Positions 45,850 to 54,431 of a stretch of DNA of 64,000 bases are shown piece after piece (within the stretch, counting starts at the first letter, position 1; each line of letters begins with the position of its first letter). Made by a program: the position numbers and the translations under genes. The notes below the pieces were generated by a model. The model made no database searches and had not been told where the DNA came from. It saw only the letters and a list, made by a program, of their open reading frames with translations. Origin of the DNA: Verrucomicrobiales bacterium (GTDB lineage Bacteria; Verrucomicrobiota; Verrucomicrobiia; Verrucomicrobiales; DEV007); assembly GCA_029213025.1 (NCBI GenBank), contig JARGOZ010000002.1:8338-72337 (forward strand), read 5' to 3'.

Positions 45850-47547
45850 ATGGAAACCTTTATCAAAGAGGAGCAAACGTCCCGGGGCAAACGTTGGGTG
45901 TTACCCCGGCGGAAGTTCCCCAATTCACTGCGCTATATACCGATAGTATGCTGGGTCGTTGTCGCGATCCTTATTGCAGGAGTCGGATTCAGAATTGTCA
46001 GGCACTTGCTGGATGACGGTTCACTATTCGATTTGCTGCAATTCCTGCCGCCTGTTCTGTTCGCCATGTTCCCGCTCTGTTTTGTGGGCTACTGGACTTC
46101 GTTGGCGATATTCGGTGAGACTGTTGTAGAAGCCGACGGTTCCGGTTTTCTGGTTGGCGAAAAGGTAGGGCCGTTTCTCAAAATGCGGCGAATCTCTTTT
46201 TCGCGGGTTTCTGAGATAAGTGTAATCGAGCCGCCGGGAGGGGTGACTACGATTTTCCTGGACCGGGGCGCGATCAGACTGGGCGACCCTGACAATGGCA
46301 AAACTTTCGCTATCGGACATTCGATGCGTCTACTGAATACACTTTCGGAAGGGATCAAATCAGAACTCGATCCGAAAATACCGATACTTCGGGAGGTCGG
46401 TGAGCTAAAACGGGCGGCCGTAAAGCGGCAGCCCGTGCCCATATCAGATCAGGCTATTCTGGATATGCCGTTTCCTGATGGTTTCCTGATCGAGGATTTT
46501 GTGCCGGAGCAAAGCCTTCGTTTAGTCATTCAACCCAAAGGCTTTCTGAAAGGCAGTGGCGGGCTTGGAGTGTTTGCCGTGATTTGGACTTCTTTCATTA
46601 GTGTTTTCGCGGTGGCTATTGGCTATTCCTCTCTGGTGTCGAATGAAATACCCGGATATGTGTTTCTGTTTCTGACTCCTTTTATCGCCGTGGGAATTTA
46701 TCTGCTGCGCACAGCCTTCCGAATGGGCACGAACAAAATCACCGTCATCGCCGGGCCGGATCTGGAAATCCGCGAAAAATGGATCGGTGGCAGTGAGAGC
46801 ACCCGTTACCCAAAGGCGGCGTTGCGGGCGATTCGGAGTGGCGACTCCGATATGTCGGTCAATGACCGGCGGCTGAAAGAATTGAAAATCACCGTTGAGG
46901 GGAGTGCTGAAAAGGGCGTTCTGCGCGGCTTACCGGAAGCACAGTTGCGCTGGTTGGGTGCTGCGTTGCGGCATTGTTTGCGGGTGCCTGCTTCGCTCTT
47001 CGATAGCGATGAGCATCTGCCCGGTTACCAACCCAAAGTTTGTCTCATCGAGAAGCGGCGCACCGGTGTTTTGGTTCAAGTTCCGAAGGTGGGATTTTTT
47101 CGGACGTCGGGCGGATTGGGAACCTTTTCTTTAGTCTGGCTGGCGATCGTATCGGTATTCGGATTCGTAATAATTCACTTCAGCCGAACGGATCAACTGC
47201 CGTGGTTTTTTCTACCAATACTGGTTGTCGGAATTTTCGGGATAATCGGCCTGCTCATGCTCTTTTTTGCCATCGAGAGAGGCCACGAGACCGTTTCCAT
47301 TGAAGTGAGCCGATCAACCCTGAAAATCGACCGACGAACTCCGTTTCGAACTCAGTCGCAGGAGGTCAGACTGGATGATATTGCCGAAATATCATCAGTT
47401 CCATCCGGGGAAACAGTAAACAGTAGAGAGATCTATCAACTACAGGTTACGCTCCATTCCGGCCCTGACATTCATCTGTTAAAGCAGTTACCTGAAGAAG
47501 AGTTACACTGGCTCGCGGCCGAGCTGAACTCGCATATTGAGAATTAA
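45850..47547 (+). CDS. hypothetical membrane protein with three-fold internal repeat (2 TM + soluble module, bacterial PH-like?)
   Basis: 565 aa. Modules 2 and 3 align by eye: PKGFLKGSGGLGVFAVIWTSFISVFAV... with PKVGFFRTSGGLGTFSLVWLAIVSVFGF..., and LPEAQLRWLGAALRHCL with LPEEELHWLAAELNSHI. Confidence 0.7.
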   Translation: METFIKEEQTSRGKRWVLPRRKFPNSLRYIPIVCWVVVAILIAGVGFRIVRHLLDDGSLFDLLQFLPPVLFAMFPLCFVGYWTSLAIFGETVVEADGSGFLVGEKVGPFLKMRRISFSRVSEISVIEPPGGVTTIFLDRGAIRLGDPDNGKTFAIGHSMRLLNTLSEGIKSELDPKIPILREVGELKRAAVKRQPVPISDQAILDMPFPDGFLIEDFVPEQSLRLVIQPKGFLKGSGGLGVFAVIWTSFISVFAVAIGYSSLVSNEIPGYVFLFLTPFIAVGIYLLRTAFRMGTNKITVIAGPDLEIREKWIGGSESTRYPKAALRAIRSGDSDMSVNDRRLKELKITVEGSAEKGVLRGLPEAQLRWLGAALRHCLRVPASLFDSDEHLPGYQPKVCLIEKRRTGVLVQVPKVGFFRTSGGLGTFSLVWLAIVSVFGFVIIHFSRTDQLPWFFLPILVVGIFGIIGLLMLFFAIERGHETVSIEVSRSTLKIDRRTPFRTQSQEVRLDDIAEISSVPSGETVNSREIYQLQVTLHSGPDIHLLKQLPEEELHWLAAELNSHIEN

Positions 47548-47936
47548 GGTTTCTTTCGGGCTGGGTATAAAACTTTAGAGAGCGGCGCGAATTAGCGGCA
47601 GCGGCGGGAATTGGTCCCGGATTATGTACAGATTTGGTGCCGGTGGTAACTCTAAAACGCAGAGCGGGAAAAGGTGCTCACCGGTGCCGGTAATTAAACA
47701 CAGAGACTACGCCTGCGACCTGATCGGAAAAGCTTCTAGGGGTGATCATTTCTCCTGCCTGGGAGGCTGGTTCCGACTCCGCAGCCATCAGAAACCGGAG
47801 CAGGTCGTTCAGAGGCTGCAGCTGTTATTTTCGAGTGGGTCCACCTGCTGAACGCTGATAGATTATTTCACTGTCAGCGCCATTGCTTTTGGTTGCATCA
47901 CACGAGAGTTCTGCTTCTATTCCAAAAAATTATAGA

Positions 47937-48656
47937 ATGAGCAACTTTTTTCCAGATACGCGCTGGAGCCTGGTGAAAATGGCCCGGGACCCCCGGACAG
48001 AAGTTGCCGAAAGAGCGCTCGAAGAGTTGTGGTCTATCTACGAAATCCCGATCCGGAAAACCCTCCAGAGGACCTGCCCCCGCGGCCTGGATCCGGATGA
48101 TCTCGTGCAGGATTTTTTTCTTCACTCAAGGCGAAGCAAAGTATTCGAACGAGCTGACAACAACATAGGTTCCCTGAGATCCTACCTTGGAAAGATCCTC
48201 GAAAATTTTCTACGAACAAAAATTAAGTTCGAGAAAAGAGAATGCCGCGACCGATCCCGTTTGGTGCATATTGAGGACATCAGAACAGATGGTGAATTCC
48301 CCCCGGAAGAGTGGGATGGGGAGCAGTTCTATCGCGTTTATGACCGGGAATGGGCGACTGATTTAGTTCGCTCGGTAAGAGGGAAACTTCAGGATCGCTA
48401 CCGCGCCCGTGGGAAAGAAGAATTGTTTCTCCGATTGTTCCCTTTTATCGGGACCGCAACCGGTGAGATCACGGATGAACTTGAGGCAATCGAAACGGAT
48501 CTTTCAGTATCGAAAGAACATCTAAGCGTTCTTCGTTCCCGCATGAGGAAACGCTTTCAGATCGCCTTTGCCGAAGCGGTCAGGGAGACGTTACCTGCCG
48601 GAGAGGATTGGGAAGACGAAAGCAAGTATTTGAGAAGAGTTCTCGCTGAATCGTAG
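47937..48656 (+). CDS. ECF-like sigma-70 family factor (Ser/Thr-kinase-associated type)
   Basis: N-terminus FPDTRWSLV, DPDDLVQDFFLH (region 2.1/2.2-like), SLRSYLGKILENFL, and C-terminal LSVSKEHLSVLRSRMRKRF (region 4.2 HTH-like). There is a long linker between the two regions. ATG 47937 is preferred over TTG 47883. Confidence 0.7.
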   Translation: MSNFFPDTRWSLVKMARDPRTEVAERALEELWSIYEIPIRKTLQRTCPRGLDPDDLVQDFFLHSRRSKVFERADNNIGSLRSYLGKILENFLRTKIKFEKRECRDRSRLVHIEDIRTDGEFPPEEWDGEQFYRVYDREWATDLVRSVRGKLQDRYRARGKEELFLRLFPFIGTATGEITDELEAIETDLSVSKEHLSVLRSRMRKRFQIAFAEAVRETLPAGEDWEDESKYLRRVLAES

Positions 48657-48659
48657 ATT

Positions 48660-50663
48660 TTGAATTACATGGATAACCCCGATTCAAACCCGGAAAATCC
48701 CCCGCCTTCGAGCGGACTTTGGTCATCCGGGTCGACGCAGAATTGGAAGCCCCCTTCCATAGAAGAATTATCCCGGCTTCTGTCCGGTTTCGAGGTTGCC
48801 GGGATTATCGGCAAAGGAGGAATGGGAGTGGTTTACCGGGGCATCCAGAAGAGTCTTGGTCGTCAGGTCGCAATCAAACTGCTGCCACCGGAACTGGGCA
48901 AAGACCCGGAATTCAAAGAACGGTTTCGCAGGGAGGCGAAAGCGATGGCTCTGCTAAACCATGCAAATATCGTAGGTATTCACGATTTTGGAGAAACGGA
49001 GAGCGGTCATGTCTATTTCGTGATGGAATACATAGATGGTTGCGATCTCCATCATTACCTCCGGAGCGGCCACCTGGATACCAACGGGGCTATGAATATT
49101 ATGGTTCAAGTGTGCGATGCTCTCGGCTATGCCCATGGAAAAGGAATTGTTCACCGGGACATCAAACCGGGGAATGTTTTTTTAACTTCCGATGGAATTG
49201 TCAAGGTCGGTGATTTTGGATTGGCAAAACTCCTCCGCCCCGAAATGGCCGACGCGGACTATTCTGAATTGCTGAATCTAACCCTGACAGGGGTGGCGAT
49301 GGGCACGCCAAGCTATATGGCTCCGGAGCAACTTGAGCAGGGAGAAACGATTGATCATCGGGCCGACCTTTTCAGTCTCGGTGTTATGTTCTATGAAATA
49401 TTGACCGGAAACCTTCCTCAGGGAGCGGTTCGTTCTCCCTCTGAAATCAGCCGGTTGAAACCTGATGAACGCCTCGACCGGATTGTCTTTCGTTCCATGG
49501 AAAGTGAACGCGAGCACCGCTACCAAAATGCGACCGAATTTCGAGAAGCAATTTGCGAAGTACAGAGCCAACCGGTTCGCCAGGAATCTATACCTGAAGA
49601 GAAGCCGAATCCGTCTCTAAAAGTTCCCCTGCTCATTGGCGGAACAATGTTCTGCCTGATCACGGCAGGACTGCTCCTTCTGTATTTCAAATCGCTGCCC
49701 ATTGCAATCGCTGAGGTCGCGGTAATTCCTGCAGCGAATCCTGAAAAAGGTGAACTGGTGATTAGTGGAACGAACCGGGGCGCTCCTGCAGTAATTCCCG
49801 AGGAGTGGAAAGGAAAGAAATTTGATTGGATTCGCCCTAATCATCGAGGTGGTATCTTTGCCGGGAGCGGAGATCTGGGTATTCAGTTTTTTTCTAAAAA
49901 GGAACTTCGCGGCGTACAGAAGAGTTACTGTTTAAAGAGATCTAATATTTTGGCTTGGAACGGAACGATGCTAACTACCGATAACGAGTTGCGGTGGAAG
50001 TACCAGGGTCAGGCCAATGGTACAATTTCTGATGTAGTTGACTTCAGCGGCGGTGGTGGAGCCGCTGACGACACCGTTAGTACTTTGGTCGCACTAACGA
50101 AGACCGGCAAGCTCGAACTGCTGGTACCAGACAGTGAGATGAAATGGGATTTCGAAACCTGGTCGAAGAATAGAAAGTTTCGTGAGGTGGAAATGTCGAT
50201 TTACTATGGATTGGCGATGGCGATCTTCGCCGTAACCGATTCAGGCGAACTGATTGCATTTAACCGGAACGGAATCGTTGAGCTTCCCTCTGCGATTACA
50301 TCCGGTGTAGTTGATATAGAAACGGGAGAAACTACCCGGGGCCGAATTGCTGTAGTAAAAGAGAATGGAGACGTTATCGAATTTACTTCAGGAATGGTCA
50401 AAGAACTTGGAGCTGATCGATATCAAAAACACTGGGAAAGAACCCCGCCGGAATTTTTCGGCACAAAAAAACCGGTGCGATTTTTTTATGGTGGACACGG
50501 AAGGACAATTCAGTTCGAGGATGGTTCGTGGGCGGCCTGGACGGGATACTTGATGTTCGAAAAGCAGGTGTTTCAGGAAGTCACCGATAAAGGTTCCTTT
50601 TCGTCTCTCAGAATTCTGAGCAATCCGAAGTTCGATTGCCTGTTCATTATCGGGATTCGCTAA
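48660..50663 (+). CDS. Ser/Thr protein kinase with one TM and an extracytoplasmic beta-propeller-like domain
   Basis: GKGGMGVVYRG, AIK, HRDIKPGNVF, DFGLAK and GTPSYMAPE. TM segment VPLLIGGTMFCLITAGLLLLYF. The C-terminal ~290 aa is paralogous to the C-termini of the next two genes. The start is TTG 48660 or ATG 48669. Confidence 0.9.
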   Translation: MNYMDNPDSNPENPPPSSGLWSSGSTQNWKPPSIEELSRLLSGFEVAGIIGKGGMGVVYRGIQKSLGRQVAIKLLPPELGKDPEFKERFRREAKAMALLNHANIVGIHDFGETESGHVYFVMEYIDGCDLHHYLRSGHLDTNGAMNIMVQVCDALGYAHGKGIVHRDIKPGNVFLTSDGIVKVGDFGLAKLLRPEMADADYSELLNLTLTGVAMGTPSYMAPEQLEQGETIDHRADLFSLGVMFYEILTGNLPQGAVRSPSEISRLKPDERLDRIVFRSMESEREHRYQNATEFREAICEVQSQPVRQESIPEEKPNPSLKVPLLIGGTMFCLITAGLLLLYFKSLPIAIAEVAVIPAANPEKGELVISGTNRGAPAVIPEEWKGKKFDWIRPNHRGGIFAGSGDLGIQFFSKKELRGVQKSYCLKRSNILAWNGTMLTTDNELRWKYQGQANGTISDVVDFSGGGGAADDTVSTLVALTKTGKLELLVPDSEMKWDFETWSKNRKFREVEMSIYYGLAMAIFAVTDSGELIAFNRNGIVELPSAITSGVVDIETGETTRGRIAVVKENGDVIEFTSGMVKELGADRYQKHWERTPPEFFGTKKPVRFFYGGHGRTIQFEDGSWAAWTGYLMFEKQVFQEVTDKGSFSSLRILSNPKFDCLFIIGIR

Positions 50664-50764
50664 TTGAAAGAAAAAAGTTTCAACTCAACTGAAATTTTTC
50701 GGAATTCGAGGCATAGAAGACAGGTAAGCGCGGGGCTTTAGAAAACGGCCCCTCCCACCTGACT

Positions 50765-52381
50765 ATGACAATTCAAAGAAAAATTCCATCCATTTCCCGG
50801 ACCGAACAGGGTACTATCAGCGACTGTACAGGGTACAGCCTCGTTTCGGTTGGTTGTTGGATTATATACGCGTACTTCGGTTTCCTCCTCTCCTTGCAAT
50901 CCGTTTGCGCCGAAAAGTCGGATCTTGCGGACACCACTAAGCGTTTATCAGAGCTTGAGATGCGCTTTCACGAGAATCTGAAGGCCAAAGCTACTGAACC
51001 ATTTACCGATGAAATTGAAAAATTGAAAACCCAGTTTCTAGCAGCTCTGGAACGGGAGAAAGAAGCAGCCACCACTGTGGGTAGTCTGAACGATGTCATC
51101 GCCTGGCAGGCAGAAATCGACCGCCTCGGAGCCGGTCGGGAACTCCCCTCTGTTGACCCCCCGAATATTCTTCCGGCCATTGCCCGATTGAGAAACAAGT
51201 GGCGGGCGGCGGAAGCTGCGCTCCAACAAAAACAGAATATAGAAAGTGCCTCTCTGTACCAAACCTGGGACGATGCATTGGAGGTTATACAAAAAGAGCT
51301 GACCAAAGACATGAATCTGAAAGCGGCCACGATGGTCATGGAAAGGCGCAAAACGATTCGGGAAAACACACCACCTTCGATTAAGGAAATTTTACAGACT
51401 TCTCCACAGGAAGAGAAAGCTTTGGAACCGGATCTTTCGGATCAACTCGCCCCATTGAAAACCGGCAGGCTTATTTTTGAAGGTGTTTTCGCCGGCAAAC
51501 CGGTATCCATCCCTGCAAATATGAGAGATCTGGAATTTGACTGGGTAATGGTCAGCAGTCACGGTCCAATTGTTCACAGCATAAAGAAAGGTGTCTATCG
51601 TTATGATAATAAAGAATGGAAATCACTGGGGGTCCGGAACGTCAAAATGTTCGCATACCCTTTGTCAGTTTGGGGTGGTACTACAGTAACTACAGAAAAT
51701 GATCTGAAATGGCATCACAAAAGCGGAAAATCGGGTCGAATTAGAAATGTAGCGAAAGCTGACTTTGGAGGTGGTGTATATCGCGGCGGCAATCAGAATC
51801 ATGGCAGACTGCTTGCCTTGACTGGAAATGGAATGATCGAGCTGATCGTTTTTGGTATCAATATGGAATGGGACTTCGAAGAATGGGCTCGAAAATTCCA
51901 GTTTGCGGACCTTGCGATGTCATCTCATCTTGGAATCGAGGCCTGTGCTCTGGTTGTGACAGCGGACGGAAGTTTAATGGCGTTCAACAGCAAAAGTCCA
52001 ATCAATCTTCCCCCTGAAATTTCCAGTAATGTTAAATCGGTTCATTCAGGGAGTGACGGCGTCAACTTTGCGATCATTAAAAAGAATGGCGAAGTGTTCC
52101 GTCTCTCGTTCTCCGGTGAGGTATTTCAACCCCGTAACCTGCTCGACTCGTGGAAGAAGGTTCCCAACACGTTTTTCGTGGGGAAAAAGCCTGTAGACTT
52201 CAGATGTGGTAATTCAGGAGATGCGATTCAATTCGAAGACGGCACATGGCTCGTTTTTCAAGGAAGAGCGAACTTTGACAAAACGATATTCCCTGAAATC
52301 ACTTCTCAAGGGGCATATAAAGTGTTGGAATTTATTGATAACCCCAATCGAAATCACCGCTACATAATCGGCGTTCGATAG
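50765..52381 (+). CDS. kinase-less membrane-anchored paralog: N-terminal anchor, helical region, and the same beta-propeller-like domain
   Basis: 538 aa. Hydrophobic SLVSVGCWIIYAYFGFLLSL, then a helical K/E/A-rich region. The C-terminal ~310 aa aligns closely with the C-terminus of 52417..54378 (LLALTGNGMIELIVFG / LLALTENGDIELIVFG; NHRYIIGVR / NHRYVIGVR). Confidence 0.75.
   Translation: MTIQRKIPSISRTEQGTISDCTGYSLVSVGCWIIYAYFGFLLSLQSVCAEKSDLADTTKRLSELEMRFHENLKAKATEPFTDEIEKLKTQFLAALEREKEAATTVGSLNDVIAWQAEIDRLGAGRELPSVDPPNILPAIARLRNKWRAAEAALQQKQNIESASLYQTWDDALEVIQKELTKDMNLKAATMVMERRKTIRENTPPSIKEILQTSPQEEKALEPDLSDQLAPLKTGRLIFEGVFAGKPVSIPANMRDLEFDWVMVSSHGPIVHSIKKGVYRYDNKEWKSLGVRNVKMFAYPLSVWGGTTVTTENDLKWHHKSGKSGRIRNVAKADFGGGVYRGGNQNHGRLLALTGNGMIELIVFGINMEWDFEEWARKFQFADLAMSSHLGIEACALVVTADGSLMAFNSKSPINLPPEISSNVKSVHSGSDGVNFAIIKKNGEVFRLSFSGEVFQPRNLLDSWKKVPNTFFVGKKPVDFRCGNSGDAIQFEDGTWLVFQGRANFDKTIFPEITSQGAYKVLEFIDNPNRNHRYIIGVR
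50803..50839 (+). repeat. degenerate AACAGGGTACA-type repeat pair inside the annotated 5' end of ORF 50765
   Basis: AACAGGGTACt at 50805-50815 and tACAGGGTACA at 50827-50837. Each is a 10/11 match and they are exactly 22 bp apart. Confidence 0.7.
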
Positions 52382-52416
52382 ATTTGCAGTATCCTGGAGT
52401 TCGACTACAGATTTTT

Positions 52417-54378
52417 ATGCCCACTTCCCAACCGGAATCGTCATTCCCAGAATGGAACCAGCCGACACCCGAAGAACTGACCCAGCTTTTAGAGGGGTTT
52501 GAGATCCATGAGTTGATCGGTCTCGGCGGAATGGGCGCTGTTTATCGGGGACTGCAGAAAAGCCTCAACCGGACCGTGGCGATTAAACTGCTTCCGCCGG
52601 AGATCGGTAACCACGAAGACTTTCGAAAAAGGTTTCGCCGCGAAGCCAGGGCGATGGCGATGCTGCAACATCCCAATATCGTAGTCATTCACGACTTTGG
52701 TGTTACGCCGGCAGGTCACTCCTATTTCGTAATGGAATACATCGACGGATGTGATCTGCGGGAATACGCCAAAAACGGACACCTCGACGGGAACGGTGCG
52801 CTGAATGCCATCTGCCAGATTTGTGATGCCCTTTCCTATGCGCATTCCAAAGGTGTGGTTCATCGGGATATCAAACCAGCCAATGTGTTTCTCAATTCCG
52901 ATGGTGTAGTAAAAGTCGGCGACTTCGGCCTCGCTAAACTTGTAGTGGAGAAGCCGGGCACCCAGGCAGGCCAAACCCAAACGGGAATCCTGATGGGGAC
53001 ACCGAACTATGTGGCACCCGAACAAATAACCGGCGAACTACCTGTGGATCACCGTGCCGACTTATACAGCTTAGGAGTGATGTTTTATGAAATGCTGACC
53101 GGCAAGCTTCCACGCGGCTCGGTACGGCCTCCTTCCCAGATCGGTTCTTTCGAGGAACCACTGGATCCAAGGGTTGATCATATTGTTTTCCGGGCAATGG
53201 AGATTCAACGTGATCACCGCTATCAAGACGCCGGCGAACTGCGAAGAGATATCGATTCGATGAGGAGTCAGCCAATCCGAAACCTATCGGATACCACCGA
53301 AAAGAAGAAACCCTCAAGCGCCCTGATTATCTGGATCATTGGAATCGTCGCAATTGCGGTTCCCGCCTTCGTTTTTATCATCTGGAAAACATCATCGGGC
53401 CCGAAACAACATTTTACCGTGCGAAATCCGATTGGAAACCTTTTACCACTGCCCACCGGTCATCTTGTTTTCAAAGGGGAATTCGCCGGCAAAGCAGTGT
53501 CGATCCCTGAATACATGAAAAACGTTAAGTTTGACTGGGTTTTGGAAAATGGCCCGGTTGGTCCCATTGCGCACAGTCCCCAATTGGGTGTTTTGCGCTA
53601 CGAAAAAGATGGATGGCATTCCCTCGTCGAGGAAAAGGTCAAAATGTTAGCCTATCCGGGTTCCGTTTGGGAAGGAACATCACTCAACGGTTCAAACGAA
53701 TTGAAATGGTATCATAAGAACGGGAAACACGGGAAATTTTCACAGGTCACAAAAGTCGGCTATGGAGGCGGGACTTACCGGGGTGGCGGCAGGGATGATG
53801 GAAGCCTGCTGGCCTTAACCGAAAATGGAGATATAGAATTGATCGTCTTCGGGACAACTATGGATTGGGAGTATAAAGAATGGATTCAAAGCATGAGGTG
53901 GAAAGATATGGCAATCGCATCACACCTTGGTATAGAGAACGGCGCACTGCTGCTTTCCCAAAGCGGTGAAGTTCGAGGTTTTAACCATAAAGGACTGATT
54001 GAATTACCCGAAGCAATAACCCGCCATGTTGCATCCATCCATTCCGGGAACGATGGCATCAATTTTGCCGTAATTAAAGAGAATGGCGAAATTTTTCGAT
54101 TCTCGGAGGGCCAGGGAAATTTTCGCCCGGGAAGTCTGGCCCGGAGCTGGAGCAAAATCCCGGATGAATATTTTGATGATCGAACGCCTGTGTTCATCGA
54201 ATGTTGCGCCTCGGGTGATGCCATTCAATTGGAAGATGGCTTCTGGATCATTCTACCCGGGAAAGGCCGACCCAGCTCTCCGGTGTTTCAAGATCTTATC
54301 TCGGAGTCACCCTTCAAAACACTCAGGTATCTCGAGAACGCCAGCCGAAATCACCGCTATGTAATTGGCGTCCGGTAA
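52417..54378 (+). CDS. Ser/Thr protein kinase with one TM and an extracytoplasmic beta-propeller-like domain (second copy)
   Basis: GLGGMGAVYRG, AIK, HRDIKPANVF, DFGLAK and GTPNYVAPE. TM segment ALIIWIIGIVAIAVPAFVFIIW. C-terminal domain as in the two preceding genes. ATG 52417 is preferred over TTG 52384 by N-terminal alignment with the first kinase. Confidence 0.9.
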   Translation: MPTSQPESSFPEWNQPTPEELTQLLEGFEIHELIGLGGMGAVYRGLQKSLNRTVAIKLLPPEIGNHEDFRKRFRREARAMAMLQHPNIVVIHDFGVTPAGHSYFVMEYIDGCDLREYAKNGHLDGNGALNAICQICDALSYAHSKGVVHRDIKPANVFLNSDGVVKVGDFGLAKLVVEKPGTQAGQTQTGILMGTPNYVAPEQITGELPVDHRADLYSLGVMFYEMLTGKLPRGSVRPPSQIGSFEEPLDPRVDHIVFRAMEIQRDHRYQDAGELRRDIDSMRSQPIRNLSDTTEKKKPSSALIIWIIGIVAIAVPAFVFIIWKTSSGPKQHFTVRNPIGNLLPLPTGHLVFKGEFAGKAVSIPEYMKNVKFDWVLENGPVGPIAHSPQLGVLRYEKDGWHSLVEEKVKMLAYPGSVWEGTSLNGSNELKWYHKNGKHGKFSQVTKVGYGGGTYRGGGRDDGSLLALTENGDIELIVFGTTMDWEYKEWIQSMRWKDMAIASHLGIENGALLLSQSGEVRGFNHKGLIELPEAITRHVASIHSGNDGINFAVIKENGEIFRFSEGQGNFRPGSLARSWSKIPDEYFDDRTPVFIECCASGDAIQLEDGFWIILPGKGRPSSPVFQDLISESPFKTLRYLENASRNHRYVIGVR

Positions 54379-54431
54379 TTGCCGGATTTACAGAACTAAT
54401 GAAAAGCAGGCTTAATGTGGCGAGAAGTTTG

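Noticed and set aside
47624-47851. 75-aa ORF in the long spacer upstream of the ECF-like sigma gene.
   Set aside because: It has no signal peptide, TM segment, zinc-finger or anti-sigma-like motif, and its composition is unremarkable. It is kept only as a note inside the finding on the spacer.
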